Shown in pieces: positions 48,464 to 55,724 of a stretch of 55,818 bases of DNA. The number at the start of each line of letters is the position of its first letter. Positions within the stretch are counted from its first letter, which is position 1. Source of the stretch: a virus (lineage: Duplodnaviria > Caudoviricetes); IMG/VR virus record IMGVR_UViG_3300028822_000225, positions 1 to 55,818 of that record. The stretch is one strand, 5' to 3'. The notes beneath the pieces are model-generated. The model did no database searches. It was not told the DNA's origin and was given only the letters and a program-made list of their open reading frames with translations. The translations under genes were made by a program, and so were the position numbers.

Positions 48464-48916
48464 TTACCAATTAGGATTATCTAAAATAGCTTTAACCATC
48501 TGTGCAAATTGTTGTATGTTCTGCTGAGTTAAAGGCATCTTCTCTTCAAACGACTCATTATGTGCTTTCAACCACTCTATTGCTCTTGCTACACAACTTT
48601 GTTTGATGATTGATTCTTGTCTTTCATCTTTAAAGGCGTTTGCTGGTTGTGTTTGAACAGCAGGTGTTTGAGAATTTTGCGAAGAAGGAACCTCCTTATT
48701 TCCACTGGAAAGAACTTTTACTTTAGTAGCTTTGTAAGATTTCCCTTCTCCCTCGTGTTCAGTTATATTAACTGAACAAGGAACCTTATCCTTAAGGAAA
48801 TTACTTACTGCCTCTGTTGTTCCAATAAAGTTTCCTTCATCTGTTAAAAGATAATGTCCGTATTGAGATTTTCCTGTCTTTTTTATATTATGTGCTTTGT
48901 CTTCCATTTCAATCAC
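48464..48916 (-). CDS. Putative ssDNA-binding or recombination protein
   Basis: OB-like N-terminus, Q/P linker and RQESIIKQSC..A C-terminal helix seen in phage SSB-like proteins. Confidence 0.5.
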   Translation of the reverse strand: MIEMEDKAHNIKKTGKSQYGHYLLTDEGNFIGTTEAVSNFLKDKVPCSVNITEHEGEGKSYKATKVKVLSSGNKEVPSSQNSQTPAVQTQPANAFKDERQESIIKQSCVARAIEWLKAHNESFEEKMPLTQQNIQQFAQMVKAILDNPNW

Positions 48917-49124
48917 CCCCTTTCATTTTTACACCAAAGTCTTCTTTTAAACCATTTTTTGTATCTTTTGGTGATTGTTTAAGTTTTTTAGTTGATTTAG
49001 TTATTGATATTCCTTTTCTGAATCTTTTCGAATTATCTTCTTTTAACTCATCAAAATGTTTGCTACAAACATTATGGGTTCTAATAATTCCTACTACTTC
49101 TTTTTTACATAATTCACATTTCAT
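48909..49124 (-). CDS. Zinc-finger protein
   Basis: CELC...CSKH. Confidence 0.6.
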   Translation of the reverse strand: MKCELCKKEVVGIIRTHNVCSKHFDELKEDNSKRFRKGISITKSTKKLKQSPKDTKNGLKEDFGVKMKGGD

Positions 49125-49404
49125 TTTTATTATTTCTCTTTTCTCTGCATTTATAACATCTTCGAGGGTAGTTAATCTTTTTTACCTTTGGGTTATTTTC
49201 TCCATCAGGATAAGTAACAATTGGGTTAACCTTTATCCCACAATCATAACATCTTTTTAAATTATTTCGTTTAAGCCTGTTTCTTCTACTTCTTATTTTA
49301 GGTAAACAATCACTACAATAACCACTGACATTATTTAATCCCAAACTTTTTCCACATTCTAAACAGGTCATTCTTCTCCACTTATGCTGTGTTCTTTTAA
49401 CCAT
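49114..49404 (-). CDS. Double zinc-ribbon protein
   Basis: Four CxxC pairs. A TATA box lies about 23 nt upstream. Confidence 0.7.
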   Translation of the reverse strand: MVKRTQHKWRRMTCLECGKSLGLNNVSGYCSDCLPKIRSRRNRLKRNNLKRCYDCGIKVNPIVTYPDGENNPKVKKINYPRRCYKCREKRNNKNEM

Positions 49405-49646
49405 AATAAATTATAGTTAGAGTTCCTTATAAATCTTTGTAACCACTACTTAGTTATATTGGGAGGTGGTTGGCCTTATTCAGACCAACCCAAAAATGAA
49501 ACTCCGAACGAAAAACCAGCCTCATCGTAATGTCTTAGTTCCCATAAGTTGATTCATTTAAAAGAATATTCTTCCCTTTTTATAAATTATTGTAGTCACT
49601 AAATTATAGTTAGAAATGTTTATAAATAACCATACTATTTATTTAT

Positions 49647-49778
49647 ATGGTAATGAAGATAGTTTGTCTTGATTGTGGGGAAGAATTCTTAGAGGATAAT
49701 GTCAAAACTCTAAAAATTAAATTCGAAGCACACAAAAAAGAACACGCTAAAAGAAACCAGGAGATGAAAAGAAAATGA
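49647..49778 (+). CDS. 43-aa C2H2 zinc-finger protein not in the ORF track
   Basis: MVMKIVCLDCGEEF...FEAHKKEH. TTTATAAA at 49619-49626 upstream. The stop overlaps the ATG at 49775. Confidence 0.7.
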   Translation: MVMKIVCLDCGEEFLEDNVKTLKIKFEAHKKEHAKRNQEMKRK

Positions 49779-50131
49779 GTAAACTTAAAACCCTTAAAGA
49801 TTTGAAAAGAATAGAAGACGACCATCAGATCCTGAATATTGATGAAATAGAAGAATATTCTGGATATGGGAGAACTAAAGAAGATGTAATAAAAGAAGGA
49901 GATAAAGATAGTTATGCTTCATTTTATGATTTAAAACAAGAAGCGATTAGGTGGATAAAGGTATTAGAAGAAGATGCAAAAGAAATCGCAAATAATAATG
50001 TAATTCCCTACCACCAGGGAGAACAGCAGATAAGATGTTATGAATTCCAAAAGAAGATGGAATTAGTTAGTTGGATTAAAAACTTCTTTAATATCACAAA
50101 AGAAGATTTAGAAGGAGAAAAAGAAGAATGA
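49775..50131 (+). CDS. KTLKD paralogue family member
   Basis: MSKLKTLKDL...LKQEAIRWIK...WIKNFFNITKEDLE. Confidence 0.75.
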   Translation: MSKLKTLKDLKRIEDDHQILNIDEIEEYSGYGRTKEDVIKEGDKDSYASFYDLKQEAIRWIKVLEEDAKEIANNNVIPYHQGEQQIRCYEFQKKMELVSWIKNFFNITKEDLEGEKEE

Positions 50132-50697
50132 GTGAAGAAAGCATTGTAAGTCAAATGAAGAAAGAATATGAGGGAGAAATAAAAACATTTGAAGAATGGA
50201 CTAAAATTCTTGCAGAAAAATTAATTGGAATAAAAATAATAACTTCAAATAAAGTTAAGGCGATAAGAACTGAGCGAGAGAGAAATAAAAGATATTTGAG
50301 CGAGAGAGAAATAAAAGATATTAAGTTTAGATTTAAAAAAATGAAAGATAAAATCAAAGAAAAGTTAGAGAAAGAGATTGAAGAAATTAAACCAATAAAA
50401 ATGATTATGGTTTGTGATGAAGTTGGTTGTGCTTCAAATAGAGAGGGATTTTGTCAAAGAGCAATAAAATGTGATGGAAAAAAAGGAGATATTGATTACA
50501 AGAGGGTGATTAAAACAAAACAATTAGAACAACACGAAGAAACAAAAAAAGCAGAACGAGAGAGGATTAGGGAGATAGCAAGAAGGCTTAATGATAAGTT
50601 CAGAGCAGATAATACTCCTCAAACATTAAGTGGTGATGAATTTAATGATGTTTGGGAAGAAGAATTAATAAAAAAATTGGGAGAAAAAGAAGAATGA
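50128..50697 (+). CDS. Apparent fusion of two cassettes; the second belongs to the MKDKIKE...EETKKAERER family
   Basis: Internal MKDKIKEKLEK at 50341 and a 26-bp duplication at 50271-50322. Confidence 0.65.
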   Translation: MSEESIVSQMKKEYEGEIKTFEEWTKILAEKLIGIKIITSNKVKAIRTERERNKRYLSEREIKDIKFRFKKMKDKIKEKLEKEIEEIKPIKMIMVCDEVGCASNREGFCQRAIKCDGKKGDIDYKRVIKTKQLEQHEETKKAERERIREIARRLNDKFRADNTPQTLSGDEFNDVWEEELIKKLGEKEE

Positions 50698-50918
50698 AAA
50701 GTAATTATAAAACTAAAGGATTTGTTTTAATCTATTCTGAAATTGGAGATTATGACCATTTAGAATATTGGTTTAACACTTATGATGAAGCAGAAAAAGA
50801 GTTTAAAGAACTTGAAAAGGAGTATAATGATAAAGGGTTTTTTGGTTATATTGCAGAAATTAAATTATGTAGAAGTTTAGATGAATTTGGTGAATTAAGA
50901 GAGAGTGAGTTTGAATGA
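50694..50918 (+). CDS. Hypothetical protein
   Basis: ATG lies within a junction motif (track start 50652). Confidence 0.6.
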   Translation: MKSNYKTKGFVLIYSEIGDYDHLEYWFNTYDEAEKEFKELEKEYNDKGFFGYIAEIKLCRSLDEFGELRESEFE

Positions 50919-51018
50919 AAACAAAAGTATATGAAAAAATTGATGAAGAAGGGAAAAAGATAATATACTACGACCCTTTTAGACAATTTATAGAAGAAGA
51001 ATTGGAGGAAAAAGAAGA

Positions 51019-51594
51019 ATGAGATATAGAGAGAAAAAAATAATGAATTTTATCCCTAAAGATGTTGAAAGTGTTTTGGATGTTGGTAGTGCAGGAAATA
51101 TTTTTAATAAGAACTATAAAACAACTACACTTGATGCTGTGTTCGATGCAGATATAAAACAAGACCTTAATTTAAATCAAAAACTTCCTTTCAAAGATAA
51201 TTCTTTTGATTTGGTTGTGATGAATCAAATATTAGAACATTTGGTCTATCCTCAAGAACTAATAGATGAAGCAAAAAGAGTTTCAAAGAAATATATTTTA
51301 ATTGGTTTGCCTAATGAATATTTAATAAAATTCAGATTATATCATTTTTTGGGTTTTCCTATGAAAGATACTTTTATAGGTACAGGTTATAATCCCTTTG
51401 GACATAAACCTAGTTTTACAATTCCAACAATTAAAAAATTTATTGATTTATTTTTTTCCGACACAAAATTAGTCAATTCTTTTTATATCCCTTTTTTATC
51501 AGATAGGTTGGGAATATTTTCAGAGTATTTAACTAAATTAAGACCCAATTTATTTGCTAATGAGGTTTATTATTTGTTAGGGGTTGTTGAATGA
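51019..51594 (+). CDS. Class I SAM-dependent methyltransferase (Methyltransf_11-like)
   Basis: VLDVGSAG, LPFKDNSFDLV and LEHL..P...EAKRV motifs. Confidence 0.88.
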   Translation: MRYREKKIMNFIPKDVESVLDVGSAGNIFNKNYKTTTLDAVFDADIKQDLNLNQKLPFKDNSFDLVVMNQILEHLVYPQELIDEAKRVSKKYILIGLPNEYLIKFRLYHFLGFPMKDTFIGTGYNPFGHKPSFTIPTIKKFIDLFFSDTKLVNSFYIPFLSDRLGIFSEYLTKLRPNLFANEVYYLLGVVE

Positions 51595-51665
51595 AAGCTA
51601 AAAAAACTAGAGGGAAAAGAAGAATGAAACAGATAAAGAGATAAAAAAACAGAATAAAAAACAAA

Positions 51666-51929
51666 ATGAATGAAGCAATAATAAACCATATAATAAGCAT
51701 TATAACAGTAACATTATCAATTATCTTATTACTTACATCTATACTTGTTTTAGGTATACAAGACAATAAAAAAACAGATTTAGAAAATAAATTAGAGAAA
51801 AAACAAGAGATTATTAATGAACTTTGTAAGACATTTCAAGAATATAAACCTGACGAAGATTTTACTAGTAGAGCAATCTCTGAAAAAGAAGTAAAATATC
51901 TTTATTTATGTAATCAAAATGAAAGATAA
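51666..51929 (+). CDS. N-terminal TM protein
   Basis: Hydrophobic N-terminus followed by a coiled coil. Confidence 0.6.
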   Translation: MNEAIINHIISIITVTLSIILLLTSILVLGIQDNKKTDLENKLEKKQEIINELCKTFQEYKPDEDFTSRAISEKEVKYLYLCNQNER

Positions 51930-52194
51930 AATCAAAGAAAAGTTAGAGAAAGGTTTAGATTTACTTAAACATGTAGAAGATTATGATTTTGACGTCTTTA
52001 GTGAGAATGCTGAACTTTTGGAATATACACACTTTCAAGGAAGATTAAAACAACACGAGGAAACAAAAAAAGCAGAAAGAGAGAGATTTTTAAGATTGAT
52101 AGAACGACACGAGTTTGAACACGGGGATTTTCAAGGACTAATTATAAGTTCTGTAGAATTATTAAAAAAAGAATTGGAGGAAAAAGAAGAATGA
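51919..52194 (+). CDS. MKDKIKE...EETKKAERER paralogue
   Basis: Shares DNA blocks with the ORF segments at 50341 and 53547. Confidence 0.7.
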   Translation: MKDKIKEKLEKGLDLLKHVEDYDFDVFSENAELLEYTHFQGRLKQHEETKKAERERFLRLIERHEFEHGDFQGLIISSVELLKKELEEKEE

Positions 52195-52216
52195 AAAGAG
52201 ATAATACTCAAAGGGA

Positions 52217-52299
52217 GTGTGCAGGAAGTAAATACTTTGAGAGCAATAATTCTAATACCAGAGCTTGTTTTATTGTTTTTGTGCTACTTCCTCGCACAC
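52217..52299. repeat. Bulged stem-loop element, copy B
   Basis: GTGTGCAGGAAG(TA) pairs with (TA)CTTCCT-C-GCACAC. 58 nt lie between the core arms. Confidence 0.85.
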
Positions 52300-52339
52300 A
52301 ATAATTTAAAATGAAAACACTTAAAGAGATAAAGGAAAA

Positions 52340-52648
52340 ATGAAAGAACTTAAAACATTAAAAGATATTGAATTTTTTGATGACCATGATAACCATATAG
52401 CAAAGGAATATAATGACAGTGTTAAGAATGATTTGAAAGCCGAAGCTGTGAAGTGGATTTATAAATTTGATGAAGACCCTTATTATATGGAGCAGGAAAA
52501 TGGAGAGATAATGAAATGGATTATGTATTTTTTTAATATAACAAATGAAGAATTGGAGGAAAAAGAAGATGATTGTGATAAAGGAAAAGAAAAAGGAGAT
52601 GACATAAGAATCTGTGGATATAAAATATTGGAGGAAAAAGAAGAATGA
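52340..52648 (+). CDS. KTLKD paralogue with read-through extension
   Basis: MKELKTLKDI...LKAEAVKWI...FFNITNEELEEKE. Confidence 0.75.
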   Translation: MKELKTLKDIEFFDDHDNHIAKEYNDSVKNDLKAEAVKWIYKFDEDPYYMEQENGEIMKWIMYFFNITNEELEEKEDDCDKGKEKGDDIRICGYKILEEKEE

Positions 52649-53541
52649 AAGACAAAAAGTATAAATTAACAAATGAGAAAAAAGAAGTTTTTGGGAGAAC
52701 ATTATATAGAATAGAGGCAATTAGAAATTTTGGAATTATAGAAAAAGGAGAATTGGGGGGATTTATTGAAAAAGAAGAAAATTTATCTCATTATAGAAAT
52801 GCCTGGGTGTATGGAGATGCTAAGGTGTATGGGTATGCTGAGGTGTATGGAGATGCTGAGGTGTGTGGAGATGCTGAGGTGTATGGGTATGCTGAGGTGT
52901 ATGGAGATGCTGAGGTGTATGGAGATGCTGAGGTGTGTGGAGATGCTAGGGTGTGTGGAGATGCTAAGGTGTGTGGAGATGCTAGGGTGTATGGAGATGC
53001 CTGGGTGTATGAAAAGGCTAGGGTGTATGAAAAGGCTAAGGTGTGTGGAGATGCTAGGGTGTGTGGAGATGCTAAGGTGTGTGGAGATGCTAGGGTGTAT
53101 GGAGATGCTGAGTTGTTTGGAAATGCAACAATAAAAGAACAGCAAAAAATAACAACAGGATTTATTACAAAACCTTTAGAAGGAAAATATAGTTTTATGG
53201 CACAAATAGGTTTTTATCCTACTGATGAATTTATTTTATATAAAAGAGTGAATAAAGTCAGCGAGGGAAAATATTCAAGTGGTTATGATAAAAATTTTAT
53301 ATATAAAGATGGAAAAATAAAAAATTTTATATATAAAGATGGAAAAATAGTTGAAGTTAAAAATCCAGATATGTCCAACAAATCTTGTTCAAAAGGAATA
53401 CATCTATCTAATCCACTATATTGGGAACAAGGAGATACTATAATAGCCTGTCAAGTAAAATGGAAAGATGTTATAACAATACAAGAGGGAAAGGTCAGAG
53501 TAAAAAAATGTTATGTAATTGGAGAAGTAAATGATTTTTAA
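52645..53541 (+). CDS. Hexapeptide-repeat (left-handed beta-helix-like) phage protein
   Basis: LYRIEAIRNFG...GELGGFIEKEENLS N-terminus, about 17 V(Y/C)GDAx repeats (18-bp unit, about 52801-53112) and a CSKGIH...GKVRV C-terminal domain. Confidence 0.85.
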   Translation: MKDKKYKLTNEKKEVFGRTLYRIEAIRNFGIIEKGELGGFIEKEENLSHYRNAWVYGDAKVYGYAEVYGDAEVCGDAEVYGYAEVYGDAEVYGDAEVCGDARVCGDAKVCGDARVYGDAWVYEKARVYEKAKVCGDARVCGDAKVCGDARVYGDAELFGNATIKEQQKITTGFITKPLEGKYSFMAQIGFYPTDEFILYKRVNKVSEGKYSSGYDKNFIYKDGKIKNFIYKDGKIVEVKNPDMSNKSCSKGIHLSNPLYWEQGDTIIACQVKWKDVITIQEGKVRVKKCYVIGEVNDF

Positions 53542-53849
53542 TGAAGATGAAAGATAAAATAAAAGAACAAATAAGAATGATGCAAGAAAAAAACATTAAT
53601 AGAGTTTATATTCCTAATGGAGCTTTCAGAAGATTAGAAGTTATGATAGATAAAGCAATAGAAGAAACAAAAAAAGCAGAACGAGAGAGGATTTTGGATT
53701 TGGTTAATGAATTGGCTTCTTGGACTTGTGAATGTAATTGTATCACTTTTGATAATGGAAAATGTAGAAATTGTGGGAAATCTCCAAAATATGGAGAATT
53801 AGATGTTGAAGAATTTAAAAGAAAATTGGAGGAAAAAGAAAATGGTTAA
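53541..53849 (+). CDS. MKDKIKE...EETKKAERER paralogue with zinc ribbon
   Basis: Shared blocks plus CEC...CRNC. Confidence 0.7.
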   Translation: MKMKDKIKEQIRMMQEKNINRVYIPNGAFRRLEVMIDKAIEETKKAERERILDLVNELASWTCECNCITFDNGKCRNCGKSPKYGELDVEEFKRKLEEKENG

Positions 53850-54078
53850 CATAGAAATAATGATTGAAAACTGGTGTGAAGAAAAAAGGATTGATATTGA
53901 TAAAATTCCAGATGAAATACTTAGACAAACAGAAAATAGGATAGATGATGATTTTGATAATTTTTTAAGAGAAAAAGGTAAAAAAATAGTTGATGAGTGG
54001 TGTTGGATGTTTATAGAACAAGAGTTGGAAGATAATCCTGAATGGAAAATAAAAGAATTGGAGGAAAAAGGAGAATGA
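53842..54078 (+). CDS. Acidic hypothetical protein
   Basis: Starts and ends in junction motifs (track start 53803). Confidence 0.6.
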   Translation: MVNIEIMIENWCEEKRIDIDKIPDEILRQTENRIDDDFDNFLREKGKKIVDEWCWMFIEQELEDNPEWKIKELEEKGE

Positions 54079-54257
54079 AAAGTAGCAATATAATTCCACA
54101 GGAAATGAAGGGGTATTATACCAACGATAAAACAGATGTTTTTCCAGACCATTATTTCCAATGGAAAGTTCGTTTAACCTATATTCCCAGCAGGAAGAAC
54201 AAATTTAAATTTTCAAGCAGGAAGAACAAATTTAAATTTTCACTCCCAGCGTTATAA
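54075..54257 (+). CDS. Small hypothetical protein with a 27-bp duplication
   Basis: ATG lies in a junction motif. SRKNKFKFS occurs twice. Confidence 0.45.
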   Translation: MKSSNIIPQEMKGYYTNDKTDVFPDHYFQWKVRLTYIPSRKNKFKFSSRKNKFKFSLPAL

Positions 54258-54258
54258 A

Positions 54259-54627
54259 ATGGAAGAAAATCAAAAAATAGCACAAATAAGAAAGTTGAAG
54301 AGAATGAATAAAAAATTGTTAAACATAGTTCCACTTATTGAAAAAAAAGCTGGACAAAAATTAAAATTACTCCACAACAATTCTTTTTATGATAGGTGTG
54401 AAGAATATGTTGATGGAAAAGCATTAGGAGTTTCCAACTTTTATTACGAATGGTTTAAAGAAGGAACTATGACTTCTGTTGAATTTATGTATGGTGTTGA
54501 GTTAATGAATAACAATTTTTATTTCGTCTTTGAGAAGTGTAATATAATTGTTCAAGATGAAGTTAAGAAGTTTCTCAACTTTCAAGACTTTTTTGATTTT
54601 CTTAAAAAGAGGGGGAAACTATCGTGA
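54259..54627 (+). CDS. Hypothetical protein
   Basis: 122-aa ORF. Confidence 0.65.
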   Translation: MEENQKIAQIRKLKRMNKKLLNIVPLIEKKAGQKLKLLHNNSFYDRCEEYVDGKALGVSNFYYEWFKEGTMTSVEFMYGVELMNNNFYFVFEKCNIIVQDEVKKFLNFQDFFDFLKKRGKLS

Positions 54628-54636
54628 AAATTAAAA

Positions 54637-54747
54637 CTTCTGGGAATATCAATTTAGGAGTTCCGAAAATCAAAGATTTTCTCCATCCTAATTTCTGCTT
54701 CGCAGAAACTATCCTAAACAACAATATTAAACGAAATAAACTTGCCC
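54637..54747. other. Branched hairpin site upstream of the methyltransferase
   Basis: TTTAGGA/TCCTAAA stem enclosing GAAAATC-AAA-GATTTTC and TTTCTGC-TTC-GCAGAAA, followed by AATATTAAAC at 54723-54732. Confidence 0.75.
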
Positions 54748-54764
54748 CCTCGCAGAGATGAAAA

Positions 54765-55724
54765 ATGAGATACTTCAGTATATTTACAGGAATCGGTGGA
54801 TTTGAATATGGAATACAACAAGCATTACCAAACGCAGAATGTGTCGGATACTCAGAGATTGACAAATACGCAATCCAAACTTACGAAAGACACTTCAAAC
54901 ACAAAAACTATGGAGACGCAACAAAAATTAAGCCAGAAGAATTACCAGACTTTGATATGCTCTGTGGAGGATTTCCTTGTCAAGCATTCTCAATCGCTGG
55001 AAAACGGAGAGGTTTCAAAGATACCAGAGGCACGATGTTTTTTGAGATTGCAAGAATACTTGAAGTTAAAAGACCTAAGATTGTATTCCTCGAAAATGTC
55101 AAAGGGTTACTCAATCACCAAAAAGGGGAAACTTTCAGAGTCATCATTCAAACGCTTTCAGAATTGGGGTATGATGTTCAATGGATGGTTCTTAACAGCG
55201 AATTTTTTGGAGTTCCCCAGCAACGGGAAAGAGTCTATATTATTGGACTACTTAGAGGAAAATCCATCAGAGAAATCATTTCTTTCAAAACAAGAAATAA
55301 AAAAGATAGTGAGTTGTTATCAACCAAGAGAGTTCAAAACTGGAAAAAGACAAGGTGCAATTACATTAAATACGAAGATTCCGAAAAAAGCGTGGACTCT
55401 TACATCAACGAGAATAATTGGGAGGACTTCATTTGTGATTCCAAGATGAGAACTTTAACACCAATAGAATATGAAAGATTGCAGGGATTCCCTGATGGAT
55501 GGACAGAAGGAGTATCCGACACACAGAGATACAAACAATGTGGTAATGCTGTAACAACTAAAGTAATAAAATCCATCATGGAGAAACTAATCGTGGGCAA
55601 GTTTACTCAAGGGGCTACGCCCTCGTTTAATAAGGATTTAGAGGTTTCGGCTACGCCTACACCCAAATCGCCTTCGGCGACTTCTCCAAACCCTAATATT
55701 AAACAAACTTCAGAAGAAAAATGA
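54765..55724 (+). CDS. dcm: DNA (cytosine-5) methyltransferase
   Basis: FTGIGG (motif I), GGFPCQ (IV), LENV (VI), Q.RERV (VIII), R.LTP.E.ERLQGFP (IX) and YKQCGNAV (X). Confidence 0.95.
   Translation: MRYFSIFTGIGGFEYGIQQALPNAECVGYSEIDKYAIQTYERHFKHKNYGDATKIKPEELPDFDMLCGGFPCQAFSIAGKRRGFKDTRGTMFFEIARILEVKRPKIVFLENVKGLLNHQKGETFRVIIQTLSELGYDVQWMVLNSEFFGVPQQRERVYIIGLLRGKSIREIISFKTRNKKDSELLSTKRVQNWKKTRCNYIKYEDSEKSVDSYINENNWEDFICDSKMRTLTPIEYERLQGFPDGWTEGVSDTQRYKQCGNAVTTKVIKSIMEKLIVGKFTQGATPSFNKDLEVSATPTPKSPSATSPNPNIKQTSEEK
54796..55449 (+). CDS. Nested +1-frame ORF inside the methyltransferase gene
   Basis: 217 stop-free codons in an AT-rich gene, containing WGMMFNG and LLDYLEENPSEKSFLS. Confidence 0.55.
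   Translation: MDLNMEYNKHYQTQNVSDTQRLTNTQSKLTKDTSNTKTMETQQKLSQKNYQTLICSVEDFLVKHSQSLENGEVSKIPEARCFLRLQEYLKLKDLRLYSSKMSKGYSITKKGKLSESSFKRFQNWGMMFNGWFLTANFLEFPSNGKESILLDYLEENPSEKSFLSKQEIKKIVSCYQPREFKTGKRQGAITLNTKIPKKAWTLTSTRIIGRTSFVIPR
55595..55716. other. Branched hairpin site downstream of the methyltransferase catalytic region
   Basis: Hairpins GGGC-TAC-GCCC, GGC-TAC-GCC and TCGCC-TTC-GGCGA, with the last two inside a GTTTAATA/TATTAAAC stem. AATATTAAAC at 55695-55704. Confidence 0.75.

Noticed and set aside
52766-53145. ORFs 52766..53134 (+) and 52783..53145 (-)
   Set aside because: They are shadows of the stop-free 18-bp repeat in the hexapeptide gene.
49775-54078. Junction repeats as a CRISPR array
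   Set aside because: Spacing is irregular and gene-sized, the repeats are coding and contain SD/stop/start signals, and no cas genes are present.
1360-54865. Antisense or nested track ORFs (e.g. 1360, 6928, 7222, 12272, 13996, 28455, 33754, 34681, 44830, 48892, 52358, 53799, 54602)
   Set aside because: They lie opposite well-supported genes, have F/S/L/I-rich shadow composition and show no motifs.
54637-55716. Canonical integron attC sites or a DGR
   Set aside because: The polarity is GTT...AAC rather than RYYYAAC...GTTRRRY, and the sites are branched. I see no IntI, no reverse transcriptase and no TR/VR pair with adenine-specific mismatches.
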